Positions 8,677 through 19,058 of a DNA stretch of 64,000 nt are shown piece after piece. Source of the stretch: Chlorobiota bacterium (GTDB lineage Bacteria > Bacteroidota > Ignavibacteria > Kapaibacteriales > UBA961). The notes under the pieces were generated by a model. It did not search any database, had not been told where the DNA came from, and was given only the letters and a program-made list of their open reading frames with translations. Position 1 is the first letter of the stretch. Each line of letters starts with the position of its first letter. A program made the position numbers and the translations under genes. The stretch spans positions 756 through 64,755 of the forward strand of contig JBDHXA010000001.1 of the NCBI GenBank assembly GCA_039810485.1. Direction: 5' to 3'.

Positions 8677-10857
8677 ATGGGCGCTTCTTACGACGCAATT
8701 ATTCGAGAGTCAAACCAACAGCAAAAGATTTCTATCTTTCAATTCTCTAAAACTTATCCGGCTTTTATTGTTTTATTTGCCGGCATTGCATTAAGCTTCT
8801 TTTTCTGGAATTTTGTTGGCAATAAAGTTCGCTCTGATAGAACAGAGGAATTTAACAAAGCAAGCGGTTCGGTGGTAGGGCGCTTAGAAACTGAAGCCAA
8901 TCGCAGCAAACAAGTGCTTACTTCCATTGATGGCTTGTATAAAAACAGCGTTCAAGTTGTGCGGGATATGTTTGAGCTTTACGGCTCTATTCCAACGCGA
9001 ACAAATAATGCAATTCAAAGCATCTATTATGTGCCATATATAGCTCATGCTGACAAGGGTAGGTTTGTTTATTACGCTCAATCTGAGCGATATTATAATT
9101 ATTCTATAAAATCTGACAGCAATCGCTCATATTATTTGCCAGTTGAATATGTAGTTCCTCTTTCGCAGATTGTCAACCGCTCCGGTTTAGATTTCTCTAC
9201 AGTTCCCGAAGCTGATGCAACAGTCAAGCGTGCGCGAGATGCAAAAGGCGCCATCGTGGCATCGCCCTTCTATAAGGTGCGCCCTGATACGCTCGGCTTT
9301 TTAATGGTGTTTAAAGTAGAAAACAAACCGGCTGAATCATCAATTTTAGGTATTTCCAGCGGCAGCAGCGAGGGATATGTTGTATTGGAAGTGAATGCCG
9401 ACAAATTTTTTACCCGCGCTATTGGCGAAAATGTTGCGAGCGATACAACTATAATCTTCCAGATATTTGACAACGGCACAGAAAGCCCAATATATTCCTC
9501 TAAGAATGCCGGCTTGCTTGCGGCTGATATATCGCCGATGTTCTCAGAATTCCAATCTATCCCGTTTGCCGACCGAGAATTGCGGGTGAGATTTACAACC
9601 GTGCCAAATTTCGGCGGCAAGTTTCAATCTATGCTGCCTTTGCTTTCGTTATTGATTATGCTCATATTGAGTTTCGTTGCATTCGGTTTTGTTGTTTCTA
9701 TCACTACAAGTCGAGCGAGAGCTCTTGATTTGGCAGACCGTCTTACGCGCTCTCAACGCAGAATAATAGAAGCGTCGAAAGACATCATTGCTGTTTTAGA
9801 CATCAATGGAAATTACAAAACTATTAGTCCTGCGGTCGAGCAAATTCTTGGCTGTCAAATAGATAGCATTATTGGAAAAAATATTGCAGATCTTTTTGCT
9901 GATGCGCAAGACAAAGTTGCTTTCAAAAATAGAATTAGCGATGCAGCGCACGGAGAAAGCGGTGTCGTTTTCGATGTGCAGATGATTACTAGCACTAATG
10001 AAATACGATGGCTGAGCTGGAATTGCACTGTTTCCCGCATTGATGGCAATATCTATGCAACAGGTCGCGATGTAACGTTGCAAAAGATTGCAGAAGAACA
10101 AATTAGATTGAAAAATCGCCAAGTACAATTGTCGGAACGGCAAGCGCGTGAAATTAGCGAGTTTAAGTCAAGATTTATGCGAGATCTAAGTCACAAGTTG
10201 CGTAATAACCTGACCGGCACGCTTGGCTTTTTGCAGCTTCTCAGTGGGAAACTCTATAATAATGAAGAAGAAGAACAATTTTACATTGCTCAGGCAGAAT
10301 CAAGCTCCGATAATCTTTTTTCTGTTGTTACAGATATCATTGACGTGGCAGATGAAAGCGATGTTAAAACAATTGCACATTCTGAAAAATCGCGCATTTC
10401 TGAAGTTGTAAAAGATGTTCAAGAGTATTTTGTTGCAAATGAAAACGGGCGATTGATTTCAATTAAATCTGAAATTGAAACGCTGGATATCTCTATTATT
10501 GCAGACAAGTATAGTATTATCGAATGTTTAGTGGAAGCATGCAAGGCGCTCGCTCCCAAAGAAGGCAATCTGCAAATTCAACTGACAGCCAGAGCTAATC
10601 CCTTTGAAAAGGTGGCAGAAATCGAGATATTAGCACCTTATGATAAAAACATCAAAAAAATGATAGATATTTACAAACAGCATAGCAATAATTTGGTTGA
10701 GGCCCTGGTGCATGACAGTAATGACGTGCTGTTTCATATTGGGCTGGCATTATCGGCCACTCGTCAGCTGAATGGCACCATGATGATTGATTCATTGGGC
10801 GAAGGATCTGAAAATGTTTGTATGTTAACATTACCGTTAAGTCAAAATAAAAGGTAA
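8677..10857 (+). CDS. CHASE-PAS sensor histidine kinase with degenerate ATP-binding domain
   Basis: Two TM segments flank a CHASE-like periplasmic domain (NRSGLDFS....RARDAKGAIVASP...GFLMVFKV). A PAS domain, coiled coil and H-box RDLSHKLRNNL follow. The C-terminal domain lacks recognisable N, G1 and full G2 boxes. Confidence 0.75.
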   Translation: MGASYDAIIRESNQQQKISIFQFSKTYPAFIVLFAGIALSFFFWNFVGNKVRSDRTEEFNKASGSVVGRLETEANRSKQVLTSIDGLYKNSVQVVRDMFELYGSIPTRTNNAIQSIYYVPYIAHADKGRFVYYAQSERYYNYSIKSDSNRSYYLPVEYVVPLSQIVNRSGLDFSTVPEADATVKRARDAKGAIVASPFYKVRPDTLGFLMVFKVENKPAESSILGISSGSSEGYVVLEVNADKFFTRAIGENVASDTTIIFQIFDNGTESPIYSSKNAGLLAADISPMFSEFQSIPFADRELRVRFTTVPNFGGKFQSMLPLLSLLIMLILSFVAFGFVVSITTSRARALDLADRLTRSQRRIIEASKDIIAVLDINGNYKTISPAVEQILGCQIDSIIGKNIADLFADAQDKVAFKNRISDAAHGESGVVFDVQMITSTNEIRWLSWNCTVSRIDGNIYATGRDVTLQKIAEEQIRLKNRQVQLSERQAREISEFKSRFMRDLSHKLRNNLTGTLGFLQLLSGKLYNNEEEEQFYIAQAESSSDNLFSVVTDIIDVADESDVKTIAHSEKSRISEVVKDVQEYFVANENGRLISIKSEIETLDISIIADKYSIIECLVEACKALAPKEGNLQIQLTARANPFEKVAEIEILAPYDKNIKKMIDIYKQHSNNLVEALVHDSNDVLFHIGLALSATRQLNGTMMIDSLGEGSENVCMLTLPLSQNKR

Positions 10858-10908
10858 TACAAGTTATATTTATCCAGTATTTTTATATTCTAAGAAGGGC
10901 AAAAAAAC

Positions 10909-11124
10909 ATGAACGAGCAAAAAGATTGGCTTACAACTTTGCTTTTGGCAATTTTTCTAGGTGGTCTTGGAGTGCATCGCTTTTACACAGGGCACATAGG
11001 AATCGGCATAGCCCAGCTTTTAACTCTTGGTGGATGTGGCATCTGGTCGCTAATTGATATTATTCAGATTGCCACAGGTTCTTTTAAAGATGCTGACGGC
11101 AATCCTTTATTGCGAAATAATTGA
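10909..11124 (+). CDS. TM2 domain-containing membrane protein
   Basis: FLGGLGVHRFYTGHIGIGIAQLLTLGGCGIWSLIDIIQI matches the TM2 domain pattern. Confidence 0.8.
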   Translation: MNEQKDWLTTLLLAIFLGGLGVHRFYTGHIGIGIAQLLTLGGCGIWSLIDIIQIATGSFKDADGNPLLRNN

Positions 11125-11170
11125 CGGTGTATTATGCCGTATTCTGACATTCAGAAAAAGGAAATAAATA

Positions 11171-11575
11171 ATGCTGACTAACCGCATAGCAGGTATTATA
11201 TTAGCAGCGACAATCATTGCGATTGTCGCTGCTGTTTTTTGGGGCAATCCATTTTCCTCGTCCGGCTTATTCCTTCCATGTTTTTTCCATAAGGCAACCG
11301 GGCTTTACTGTCCGGGCTGCGGCGCTACTCGAGGTGTTTGTAAATTGCTTCACGGAGATGTAAGGGGCGCACTTGGCTCAAATATATTGCTTCCTTTTAT
11401 TTTGGGTATTATTGGTTATGAAGCAACTCGTGTTTTGGCATGGCATCTATTCGACAAAGATATGCCATCGCTGCGATTTAGCAAACGCATAATAATAACA
11501 GCAGGAGCAGTTGTGTTTGTATTTGTCGTGCTGCGCAATATTCCTTTCGAACCGTTTTGTCAATTAGCGCCATAA
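11171..11575 (+). CDS. DUF2752-like membrane protein
   Basis: CPGCGATRG motif after an N-terminal TM segment, with several further TM segments. Confidence 0.65.
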   Translation: MLTNRIAGIILAATIIAIVAAVFWGNPFSSSGLFLPCFFHKATGLYCPGCGATRGVCKLLHGDVRGALGSNILLPFILGIIGYEATRVLAWHLFDKDMPSLRFSKRIIITAGAVVFVFVVLRNIPFEPFCQLAP

Positions 11576-11640
11576 ATGTTCAAGCAGCAATCTTAGCTAA
11601 AATTACTACAGTTGTAATTGGCGAAGGCATAATAAAATAG

Positions 11641-11672
11641 AAGCGGACGATTGATAAAACAATCGTCCGCTT
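11641..11672 (-). terminator. intrinsic terminator hairpin between the convergent DUF2752 gene and hppA
   Basis: Perfect 13-bp stem aagcggacgattg/caatcgtccgctt with a 6-nt loop. A T-rich tract follows on the minus strand, 34 nt past the hppA stop. Confidence 0.7.
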
Positions 11673-11705
11673 CTGAAATCAGCAGCAATTCAAAGACAAA
11701 CTAAG

Positions 11706-13832
11706 TTACTTGCCAAACAGCTTTAAAAGTACGCCTCCACTATTCATAAAGAAAGGCACAAAAACAAGCGAAATAATAGCCATAAGCTTAATGAGAATAT
11801 TGAGAGATGGTCCGCTGGTATCTTTGAAAGGATCTCCCACAGTATCTCCGACAACTGCCGCCTTATGAGTGTCCGATCCTTTGCCGCCAAGTTGTCCTGT
11901 TTCTATGTATTTCTTTGCATTATCCCAAGCGCCGCCGGAATTTGCCATAGAAATAGCCAGCATCACTCCGACAATCAATGCTCCAATCAATAGGCCGGCA
12001 AGCATTTCAACGCCGAAAAGCCATCCGGTTAGCAATGGCGTTGCAATAACTAATATTCCGGGAGCAATCATTTGACGAAGAGAAGCGCCAGTTGATATAT
12101 CAACGCATGTAGCATAGTCGGCACGAGCTTTTCCTTCGAGAAGACCAGGAATTGTGCGAAATTGGCGGCGAACTTCTTCAATCATGTCAAAAGCTGCTTT
12201 GCCAACAGAACGCATGGTCATTGCTGAAAAAGAAAATGGCAGTGCTGCCCCTACAAATAGGCCGGCCATAACTTTAGCGTCGAGCATATTGATGGTTGGA
12301 ATGTTTGCTCTTGTTAAAAATGCCGCTGTTAATGCAAGCGAAGTTAATGCTGCAGAGCCAATGGCAAAACCTTTGCCGATTGCAGCCGTTGTATTGCCTG
12401 CCGCGTCTAAGGCGTCAGTTCTTTTGCGTATATCTTTGCCCATTTCAGCCATTTCTGCAATGCCGCCGGCATTATCAGACACTGGTCCGTAAGCGTCAAT
12501 AGTTAAACCAACTGCAATAGTGCCCAACATGCCTATGGCTGCCATTGCAATGCCATACATGCCTGCAAATGAAAAGCCAAGTACAACTGTAACAGCCATA
12601 AGAATCATGGGCAGCACAGCGCTGTTGTAACCGAGGGAAAGACCGTAGATAATATTTGTTGCAGAGCCGGTTTTGGATGCGTCTGCAACTTCGCGCACGG
12701 GCTTGTAGCGATGCGAGGTATAATATTCAGTAATTAGCCCAATAAGCAAACCTGAAATCAAACCAGATGCTAAAGCAATGAAAACGCCGGTATTAGTGTA
12801 ATTGTGTTCGCCTAACTGAAATGACTCAGGCATCAATCTCATAGTTGCAAAATACACGCCTATCAACATAATGAGAGTAGAGCCGATAAGAGCGTTTTTA
12901 AGAGATCCTTCAACTTTTTCTTCAGATTTTGGGCGCACAAAAAAGAGAGAAATAAAACTAGCAACAATGCCAACGGCGCTTATAAACAAGGGGAATAATA
13001 AAGCGGATAATCGTATATCTTCGGGGAGTGCGGCAAAAGACGCCGCGCCAATGACCATTGCAGCGCACGTTGACTCTGCGACAGAGCCGAATAAGTCAGC
13101 GCCCATTCCTGCAATGTCACCCACGTTGTCGCCCACATTATCGGCTATGACTGCTGGATTGCGCGGGTCATCTTCAGGAATGCCGGCTTCCACTTTTCCT
13201 ACTAAATCAGCGCCTACATCTGCAGCTTTAGTGTATATGCCTCCGCCAACACGACCAAATAAAGCAACGGAAGAACCGCCTAAAGCAAAACCGGAGAGAA
13301 TTTCCATCACAATATGTTGTTCTACGCCAGCTGGCAGCGCCGCTCCGATGCCAAGATATAACAAAATTAAGCCGCATACAGCAATGCCGGTCAAGCCAAA
13401 GCCCATTACAACGCCGGAATTAAAGGCAATAGAGAACGCCGCCGGCAACGACTTTCGTGCAGCTGCTGCTGTTCGCACATTTCCCTTCGTTGCTATCTTC
13501 ATGCCTATAAAGCCGGATAAAACCGATGCGCCTGCGCCGATAATAAAACATACGGCAGAATAAATGCCTGTTTTAAAATTAACATGCGAGTCATTGACGG
13601 TTAGAGCGATTATAATGGCGAATAGTCCCATAAATAAAGCTAGAATTCTGTATTCACGCTTTAAAAATGCCATGGCGCCTTCGGCAATGGCTTCAGAAAT
13701 CTCCTTTAAGCGCGATACTTCCGCTTCAGAAGCAGCACCGCTTTCTATAGTAACCGACGTTACACGACGCGCATAAAGGAAGGCGACTATTAATGATAAT
13801 GTTCCCAGCACAAGAATTAACGTTAGAATCAT
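11706..13832 (-). CDS. hppA: K+-dependent-type membrane-bound pyrophosphatase (H+ or Na+ pumping)
   Basis: [20 protein letters not shown] and DNVGDNVGD signatures, about 16 TM segments. [10 protein letters not shown] (Ala, not Lys) is the K+-dependent subfamily marker. Confidence 0.95.
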   Translation of the reverse strand: MILTLILVLGTLSLIVAFLYARRVTSVTIESGAASEAEVSRLKEISEAIAEGAMAFLKREYRILALFMGLFAIIIALTVNDSHVNFKTGIYSAVCFIIGAGASVLSGFIGMKIATKGNVRTAAAARKSLPAAFSIAFNSGVVMGFGLTGIAVCGLILLYLGIGAALPAGVEQHIVMEILSGFALGGSSVALFGRVGGGIYTKAADVGADLVGKVEAGIPEDDPRNPAVIADNVGDNVGDIAGMGADLFGSVAESTCAAMVIGAASFAALPEDIRLSALLFPLFISAVGIVASFISLFFVRPKSEEKVEGSLKNALIGSTLIMLIGVYFATMRLMPESFQLGEHNYTNTGVFIALASGLISGLLIGLITEYYTSHRYKPVREVADASKTGSATNIIYGLSLGYNSAVLPMILMAVTVVLGFSFAGMYGIAMAAIGMLGTIAVGLTIDAYGPVSDNAGGIAEMAEMGKDIRKRTDALDAAGNTTAAIGKGFAIGSAALTSLALTAAFLTRANIPTINMLDAKVMAGLFVGAALPFSFSAMTMRSVGKAAFDMIEEVRRQFRTIPGLLEGKARADYATCVDISTGASLRQMIAPGILVIATPLLTGWLFGVEMLAGLLIGALIVGVMLAISMANSGGAWDNAKKYIETGQLGGKGSDTHKAAVVGDTVGDPFKDTSGPSLNILIKLMAIISLVFVPFFMNSGGVLLKLFGK

Positions 13833-13913
13833 GGAAATCCGTAAAATTGTGAATAGAGTAATGGCAATTAATAATATGTATTCTCATTTGTCAGTAAATA
13901 GCTAAGATTAGCG

Positions 13914-13921
13914 CAAAAATA
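13914..13921 (-). promoter_or_regulatory. candidate -7 box TATTTTTG for hppA
   Basis: The reverse complement of caaaaata matches TAnnTTTG, 82 nt upstream of the hppA ATG. Confidence 0.4.
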
Positions 13922-13941
13922 CAAAAACGTTGCGCTTTTTA

Positions 13942-13970
13942 CTTGATTTCAAACATGGAACGTATTTTTG
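13942..13970 (+). promoter_or_regulatory. candidate promoter (cTTG-N17-TATTTTTG) for the PIG-L gene
   Basis: Exact TAnnTTTG at 13963-13970. This argues that the CDS starts at ATG 14007 rather than the ORF-track start at 13968. Confidence 0.4.
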
Positions 13971-14006
13971 CAACTTAATTGTTTCTCTTTTTGGGGCTTA
14001 ATTTGC

Positions 14007-15026
14007 ATGAATATTACTATGCGCTTATGTACCGTTGTTTATATGGCTGTGCTTCTTGGAATGAATTTAGCAATAACTGTTTATGGACAGAATGCTGCCC
14101 ATATACAGAAACCGGTAAAACATTTAACATCTTCACAAAAAATACAGCCGATTACGGCTAAAGAGCTTTCTCAATTAACAACTGCTGTTGAGACGAAATC
14201 AGAAAAAAAAATAGAAAATCTGAAAGCATTAGTGATAACCGCGCATCCCGATGACGAAACGTGTTTTGCAGTCACTATGTATAAAATCACCAAAGAACTT
14301 GGCGGTGTTGTTGATTTGGCAGTAATTACAAATGGCGAAGGCGGTTATAAATACTCAACTCTTGCAGAGGATATCTATCATCTAAAATTAACTGACGAAA
14401 CAGTAGGGCGCGAGTATTTGCCGTCTATTCGCAAACGCGAACTAATGGCAGGCGGCAAATATGCAGGCATTCGCAATTATTATTTTTTTGACCAAAAAGA
14501 TACTCATTATACTCTTGACGCGGATACTGTTTTGAATCAGGTGTGGGACGTTGAATGGGTAAAAAAGCGATTGCGCGTATTGATGGAGCAAGAAAACTAC
14601 AATATTGTTCTGACGCTATTGCCAACGCCAGAAACGCATGGACATCATAAAGCGGCAACTATCATTGCTCTTGAAACTGCTCAATCTCTAACTGCACCGG
14701 CTAAACCTATTGTTTTGGGATGCGGCTTCGGCATGAAAAATGATACAATTCCAACATTCACAGAACTAAATAATTATCCCATAACTCATTGCAACTTGTC
14801 GTCGCCAGTGGCAGCTCTCGACAAAACGCAAAAGTTTGGCTATAATGACCGTCTCAATTACACAATTATTACGAGCTGGATGGTTGCCGAGCATAAATCT
14901 CAAGGAGCAATGCATCTTGGATTTCGATCTGAACTTGAGAATTTCTGGTTTTTTGATGTCAACGATTCCAAATCTCTGCCAAAGATTAAAGATCTTTTTA
15001 TGCAAATGTCCAAAACAAAGCCTTAA
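14007..15026 (+). CDS. PIG-L/LmbE family deacetylase with N-terminal signal/anchor
   Basis: ITAHPDDETCFA and HGHHKA metal-binding motifs. Hydrophobic N-terminus MNITMRLCTVVYMAVLLGMNLAI. Confidence 0.75.
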   Translation: MNITMRLCTVVYMAVLLGMNLAITVYGQNAAHIQKPVKHLTSSQKIQPITAKELSQLTTAVETKSEKKIENLKALVITAHPDDETCFAVTMYKITKELGGVVDLAVITNGEGGYKYSTLAEDIYHLKLTDETVGREYLPSIRKRELMAGGKYAGIRNYYFFDQKDTHYTLDADTVLNQVWDVEWVKKRLRVLMEQENYNIVLTLLPTPETHGHHKAATIIALETAQSLTAPAKPIVLGCGFGMKNDTIPTFTELNNYPITHCNLSSPVAALDKTQKFGYNDRLNYTIITSWMVAEHKSQGAMHLGFRSELENFWFFDVNDSKSLPKIKDLFMQMSKTKP

Positions 15027-15100
15027 CCAAGTATTAGTGGTTCGACCGCTCATTTGTTTAATAAAAACAGTACTGAAGTATTTACTAATAAACATCATAT

Positions 15101-16951
15101 ATGACTTTAGAAGAATTGAATTCGCTGTTGATTAAAGCGGAAAATGAATTTAATCTAACAAGATATGATAAAGCCGCCGAACATATTGGCGGCTTAATGC
15201 GTTGCTTCGAAAAAATATATGTTAATAATAATGTAATTTTATTGCAAATTCAGAGTTATCTTTTACAATCTAGAATTGAGTGGAAGCAAAGCCATTATGA
15301 AAAAACTATTGAAAATGCAAGTATTGCTTTGGCTTTGGCTGATAAATTAGCTGTTGATATTAATGAAAAACAAATATTTAAAGCTAAGGCATTCAATATG
15401 TTGGGTCTTGCCTATTGGAATATTGGAAAATTGTCATTGTCTGTAGATAATTATTATAAAGCATTAGAAATCAGTGAAATAATAGACGAAAAGAGGGGAG
15501 TTGCGATTGTAACTGGTAATATTGGCATGGTTTATAGGAAATTGCGCGACTATCAAAAATCTTTAGAATTTTATCGCCGATCTTTACATCTTTATCAAGA
15601 ACTTAATAATCCAGAAGAAATTGCAGGTATTCTTGGAGATTTAGGCGTAGTGCACTTTCAGATTGGAAACTATGATGAAGCGCTAACATATTATTTGCAA
15701 TCTCTAGCCATCTTAGAACAGCTTAATAATAAAAAACAAATTGCCCAGCTATCAACCAATATCGGTCACATTTATCTTATTAAGAAAGAGCACGTAAGAG
15801 CAATTGCCATCTTTAATAATTCGCTCGATATTTATTTAGAATTGAATTCGCTTCCTGATATCGCTTATGTAAAATATTTGCTTGGCAGCGCATATTCTCA
15901 AAAAGAATTTTCAAATTATGATCCTGAAAATGCAAAGAAGTGTCTTCTTGAATCTATTGAAATTCTGAAGGAATTAAATGCAGAAATATTTGCTGTGGAA
16001 AACTATAAGATACTATCGGAAATATATGAAGACGAAGGCAGCTTGCAAGAGTTTGCATATAACATTAAGCAATATCATAGGCTAATTTTAAAAGAGCTTA
16101 ATGAAAAATCTGCTAAGCAAGCACAGCGATATTCGATAGATTATCAACTTACGGAGCTGCAATTAGAACAGCAAAATTTAAAAGATAAAAATGATGCGCT
16201 TGCCGAACTAAACATGCAACTCGCCATCAAAAATCAACAGCTTATCAAAGCAGATGAAGAAAAAAATGATTTTATGAGCATGGCTGCACATGATTTAAAA
16301 AATCCGCTTGGCGCAGTAACGATGATAGCAAAAATATTAGCTAATGATGCTGAAGCTATAAGTTCGAAAGATATTCATGAATTAGCCACTGACATACATA
16401 CTTTATCAAAAAGAATGTTTGATTTAGTATCAAATTTGTTATATCTCAACAAAGTGGAACAAGGCATAATGCCAAATGACAAGTCATTGCTATCTATATC
16501 AGATGTAATTTATCCTATTGTTAAGCAGCATATTCTTTCTGCTGAGAAGAAAGATGTAAAAATTATTTGTCAGATAAAAGACCTGCAATTATACAATAGC
16601 CCATCTGTTTTATTTCAAATTCTTGATAATTTAATTTCTAATGCTGTAAAGTTTACTTTCAAGAATACCATAATAACAATAGCCACAGAATTAATTGATG
16701 CAGCGCATCTGCGAATTTGCATCACCGATGAAGGTCCAGGATTAACAGAAACAGACCGTCTGCAAATTTTCGGAAGGTTCAAACGGTTGTCTGCGCAGCC
16801 CACTTTCGGAGAACAATCGAATGGATTAGGACTAGCAATTGTCAAGAAATTAGTGGAAACTATCGGAGGACATATTCGGTATGACAGCGATTTAGGAAGA
16901 GGCACAACGTTTTATGTAGAGCTGCCTCGAAATTTGTCGGAAGAAATATGA
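15101..16951 (+). CDS. soluble TPR-repeat sensor histidine kinase, paralogue 1 of 3
   Basis: About 330 aa of TPR repeats, a coiled coil, H-box AAHDLKNPLG, N box DNLISNAVK, G1 DEGPGL, G2 GLGLAIVKK. No TM segment and no receiver. Confidence 0.8.
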   Translation: MTLEELNSLLIKAENEFNLTRYDKAAEHIGGLMRCFEKIYVNNNVILLQIQSYLLQSRIEWKQSHYEKTIENASIALALADKLAVDINEKQIFKAKAFNMLGLAYWNIGKLSLSVDNYYKALEISEIIDEKRGVAIVTGNIGMVYRKLRDYQKSLEFYRRSLHLYQELNNPEEIAGILGDLGVVHFQIGNYDEALTYYLQSLAILEQLNNKKQIAQLSTNIGHIYLIKKEHVRAIAIFNNSLDIYLELNSLPDIAYVKYLLGSAYSQKEFSNYDPENAKKCLLESIEILKELNAEIFAVENYKILSEIYEDEGSLQEFAYNIKQYHRLILKELNEKSAKQAQRYSIDYQLTELQLEQQNLKDKNDALAELNMQLAIKNQQLIKADEEKNDFMSMAAHDLKNPLGAVTMIAKILANDAEAISSKDIHELATDIHTLSKRMFDLVSNLLYLNKVEQGIMPNDKSLLSISDVIYPIVKQHILSAEKKDVKIICQIKDLQLYNSPSVLFQILDNLISNAVKFTFKNTIITIATELIDAAHLRICITDEGPGLTETDRLQIFGRFKRLSAQPTFGEQSNGLGLAIVKKLVETIGGHIRYDSDLGRGTTFYVELPRNLSEEI

Positions 16952-17081
16952 TGCTAACGAGATGATTTACGATTTAAACTGCCGGTCAATCAATAATATA
17001 TTCTCAGGTTATTTGCACTAAATTACAGCCGAGAATAAATGACCTTAAAAATAATTATACAGTAAAAATAAATCTGATAAG

Positions 17082-18932
17082 ATGATAACAGAAGAATTAT
17101 ATAAATTGCTATTCGAAGCTGAAGCAATTTTTAATCAATTCGGATATAATAAGTTTCAAGAATACGTAGAGAAATTGATAAAACACCTTGATGAAGCCAT
17201 TCCAAACCCGGACATTGCGATATTGCAAATTGAAACAAATCTCTTGTTGTCGCGCGTAGCTTGGAAGCAAGGATTCTATGAAAAAACTATTAAATATGCA
17301 AATATAGCTCTCTCTCTTACAGACAAATTATTTATATCCGATAACAAGGTGGAAGTGTATAAGGCAAAATCGTATAATATGATAGGCCTTGCATATTGGA
17401 ATTTAGACAATTTATCAACAGCTATGTCCAATTATCACAACGCTTTGGAAATATGCGAAAAATTAGGTGAAAGAAAAGGTGCTGCAATTATTACAAGCAA
17501 TATTGGAATTATATATAAAAACATTCATGATTATGAAAGAGCATTTTCTTTTTATTTGCGCGCTTTGTCTGCTCATAAAGAATTAAATAATGATGAATCT
17601 ATCGCTGAAATTTATTGCAATTTGGGTGTCGTTAATGAAGAACTAAAAAAATATGATGAAGCGCTATCTTATTTTCTTCAAGCTAAAGAGTTATTCCAGA
17701 GTTTGAATGACATAAGACAAATTTCGCGCATGAACACAAATATTGGAAAAATATATCTTGAAAACAAGAAATACAACGAAGCTTATGCAATGTTTCAAAG
17801 CTCGCTGTCTGATTATGAAGAATTAGGTTTGTATAGCGATATTGGATTTGTAAAAAGTTTGTTGGGCAGCTTATATTCCAGAAAAGAATTTGCGGGGTAT
17901 GATCCGAAAATTGCAAAAAAATATCTTCTCGAATCTATCGAGATATTCAAAGACATTGGATCCGAAAGCAAAATATCTGACAGCTATTTATTGCTTGCTG
18001 AAATTAGCGCTTATGAAGGTGATTGGCGCGCTCAATCCGAATACTTAAAACAGTATCAAGAGCGATTAAAGAGTGAATATGATGATGAGGTAAACAAACA
18101 GATATTACGATACACAATGGATTACGAACTCTCAGCATTGCAGCGAGAACAAGAAATCCTAAAGGAAAAAAACGCTGAATTGGCAGAACTGAATAATAAA
18201 CTTTTATTAGCAAATAGACAGCTTGTAGAGGCAGATGAAGAAAAAAATGATTTTATGGGAATAGCTGCACATGATTTAAAAAATCCTCTTGGCTCTGTAA
18301 CAATGATAGCAAATATATTGGCAAATGAATCCGAAACTATCAGCACCGCTGAAATTTATGAATTAGCAACCGATATTCGCACATTATCAAAGAGAATGTT
18401 TGAGCTAATTACTAGTTTTCTTGATCTCAATAAAGCTGATCTTGGCATAACGCATAATGATGTATTATTGTTTCCAATTTCTGATGTAATAAATCCTATT
18501 ATAGATCAATATGAACCTTCGGCGCAATTAAAAGGCATAACTATTACAAGCAGTATATCAGCGATAATGCTATGCAATAGCCCCTCAATTTTAACTCAAA
18601 TACTTGATAATTTAATTTCTAATGCTGTAAAATATACATTGCAAAACACGGAGATAACGATAACAACGGAATTAATTGACGAAGGTCATCTCCGCATTGG
18701 AGTTGCGGATCAAGGTCCCGGCTTAACTGAATCTGACCGTCAGAATATTTTTGGTAAATTTAAGCGGTTGTCGGCACAGCCGACAGGAGGAGAACATTCT
18801 AGCGGATTGGGGCTTGCCATTGTCAAGAAATTAGTGGAAGCAATCGGAGGACATATTCGATATGATAGCGATTTAGGAAGAGGCACAACCTTTTATGTAG
18901 AACTTCCCAGAAATTTGTCGGAAGAAGATTGA
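17082..18932 (+). CDS. soluble TPR-repeat sensor histidine kinase, paralogue 2 of 3
   Basis: Same architecture and same 616-aa length as paralogue 1. The kinase half is identical to paralogue 3 and the last ~27 aa match paralogue 1. Confidence 0.8.
   Translation: MITEELYKLLFEAEAIFNQFGYNKFQEYVEKLIKHLDEAIPNPDIAILQIETNLLLSRVAWKQGFYEKTIKYANIALSLTDKLFISDNKVEVYKAKSYNMIGLAYWNLDNLSTAMSNYHNALEICEKLGERKGAAIITSNIGIIYKNIHDYERAFSFYLRALSAHKELNNDESIAEIYCNLGVVNEELKKYDEALSYFLQAKELFQSLNDIRQISRMNTNIGKIYLENKKYNEAYAMFQSSLSDYEELGLYSDIGFVKSLLGSLYSRKEFAGYDPKIAKKYLLESIEIFKDIGSESKISDSYLLLAEISAYEGDWRAQSEYLKQYQERLKSEYDDEVNKQILRYTMDYELSALQREQEILKEKNAELAELNNKLLLANRQLVEADEEKNDFMGIAAHDLKNPLGSVTMIANILANESETISTAEIYELATDIRTLSKRMFELITSFLDLNKADLGITHNDVLLFPISDVINPIIDQYEPSAQLKGITITSSISAIMLCNSPSILTQILDNLISNAVKYTLQNTEITITTELIDEGHLRIGVADQGPGLTESDRQNIFGKFKRLSAQPTGGEHSSGLGLAIVKKLVEAIGGHIRYDSDLGRGTTFYVELPRNLSEED
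18021..18850 (+). repeat. 830-bp tract that reads as identical to 19998-20827
   Basis: Protein sequence is identical from DWRAQSEY to KKLVEAIGG. The antisense shadow ORFs 18122-18346 and 20099-20323 have identical translations. No mismatch seen by eye at a constant offset of 1977 nt. Confidence 0.85.
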
Positions 18933-19058
18933 AGTAAATGAGATGATTAACTATGATGCAGCCGAGCAATTAATAAAATTCTCTATTTATGCGCAATAAA
19001 TTTCATTCGAGGATAAAGAAATAGAAAAATAATTATAGTATCACAATAAATTTATAAA

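Noticed and set aside
12871-13563. 230-aa + strand ORF (and neighbours 12154-12492, 13564-13776) inside hppA
   Set aside because: These are antisense shadow ORFs of a highly conserved gene. Their composition is low-complexity Ala/Pro/Thr-rich, and the region has no independent start context or motif.
11706-13832. Assigning hppA specifically as a Na+ versus H+ pump
   Set aside because: Only the K+-dependence marker (GNTTAA) can be read confidently. Ion specificity needs alignment of the gate glutamate position, which I cannot do reliably by eye.
15037-15049. gtggttcgaccgc, superficially like a tRNA T-arm (GGTTCGA)
   Set aside because: The stem is only 4 bp and the loop only 5 nt, with no acceptor, D or anticodon arms around it. 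No tRNA gene is supported anywhere in the window.
16952-17081. Possible terminator (tattctc ... gagaata) between kinase copies 1 and 2
   Set aside because: The 7-bp stem is AT-rich, the loop is ~27 nt and no U tract follows. It is not convincing.
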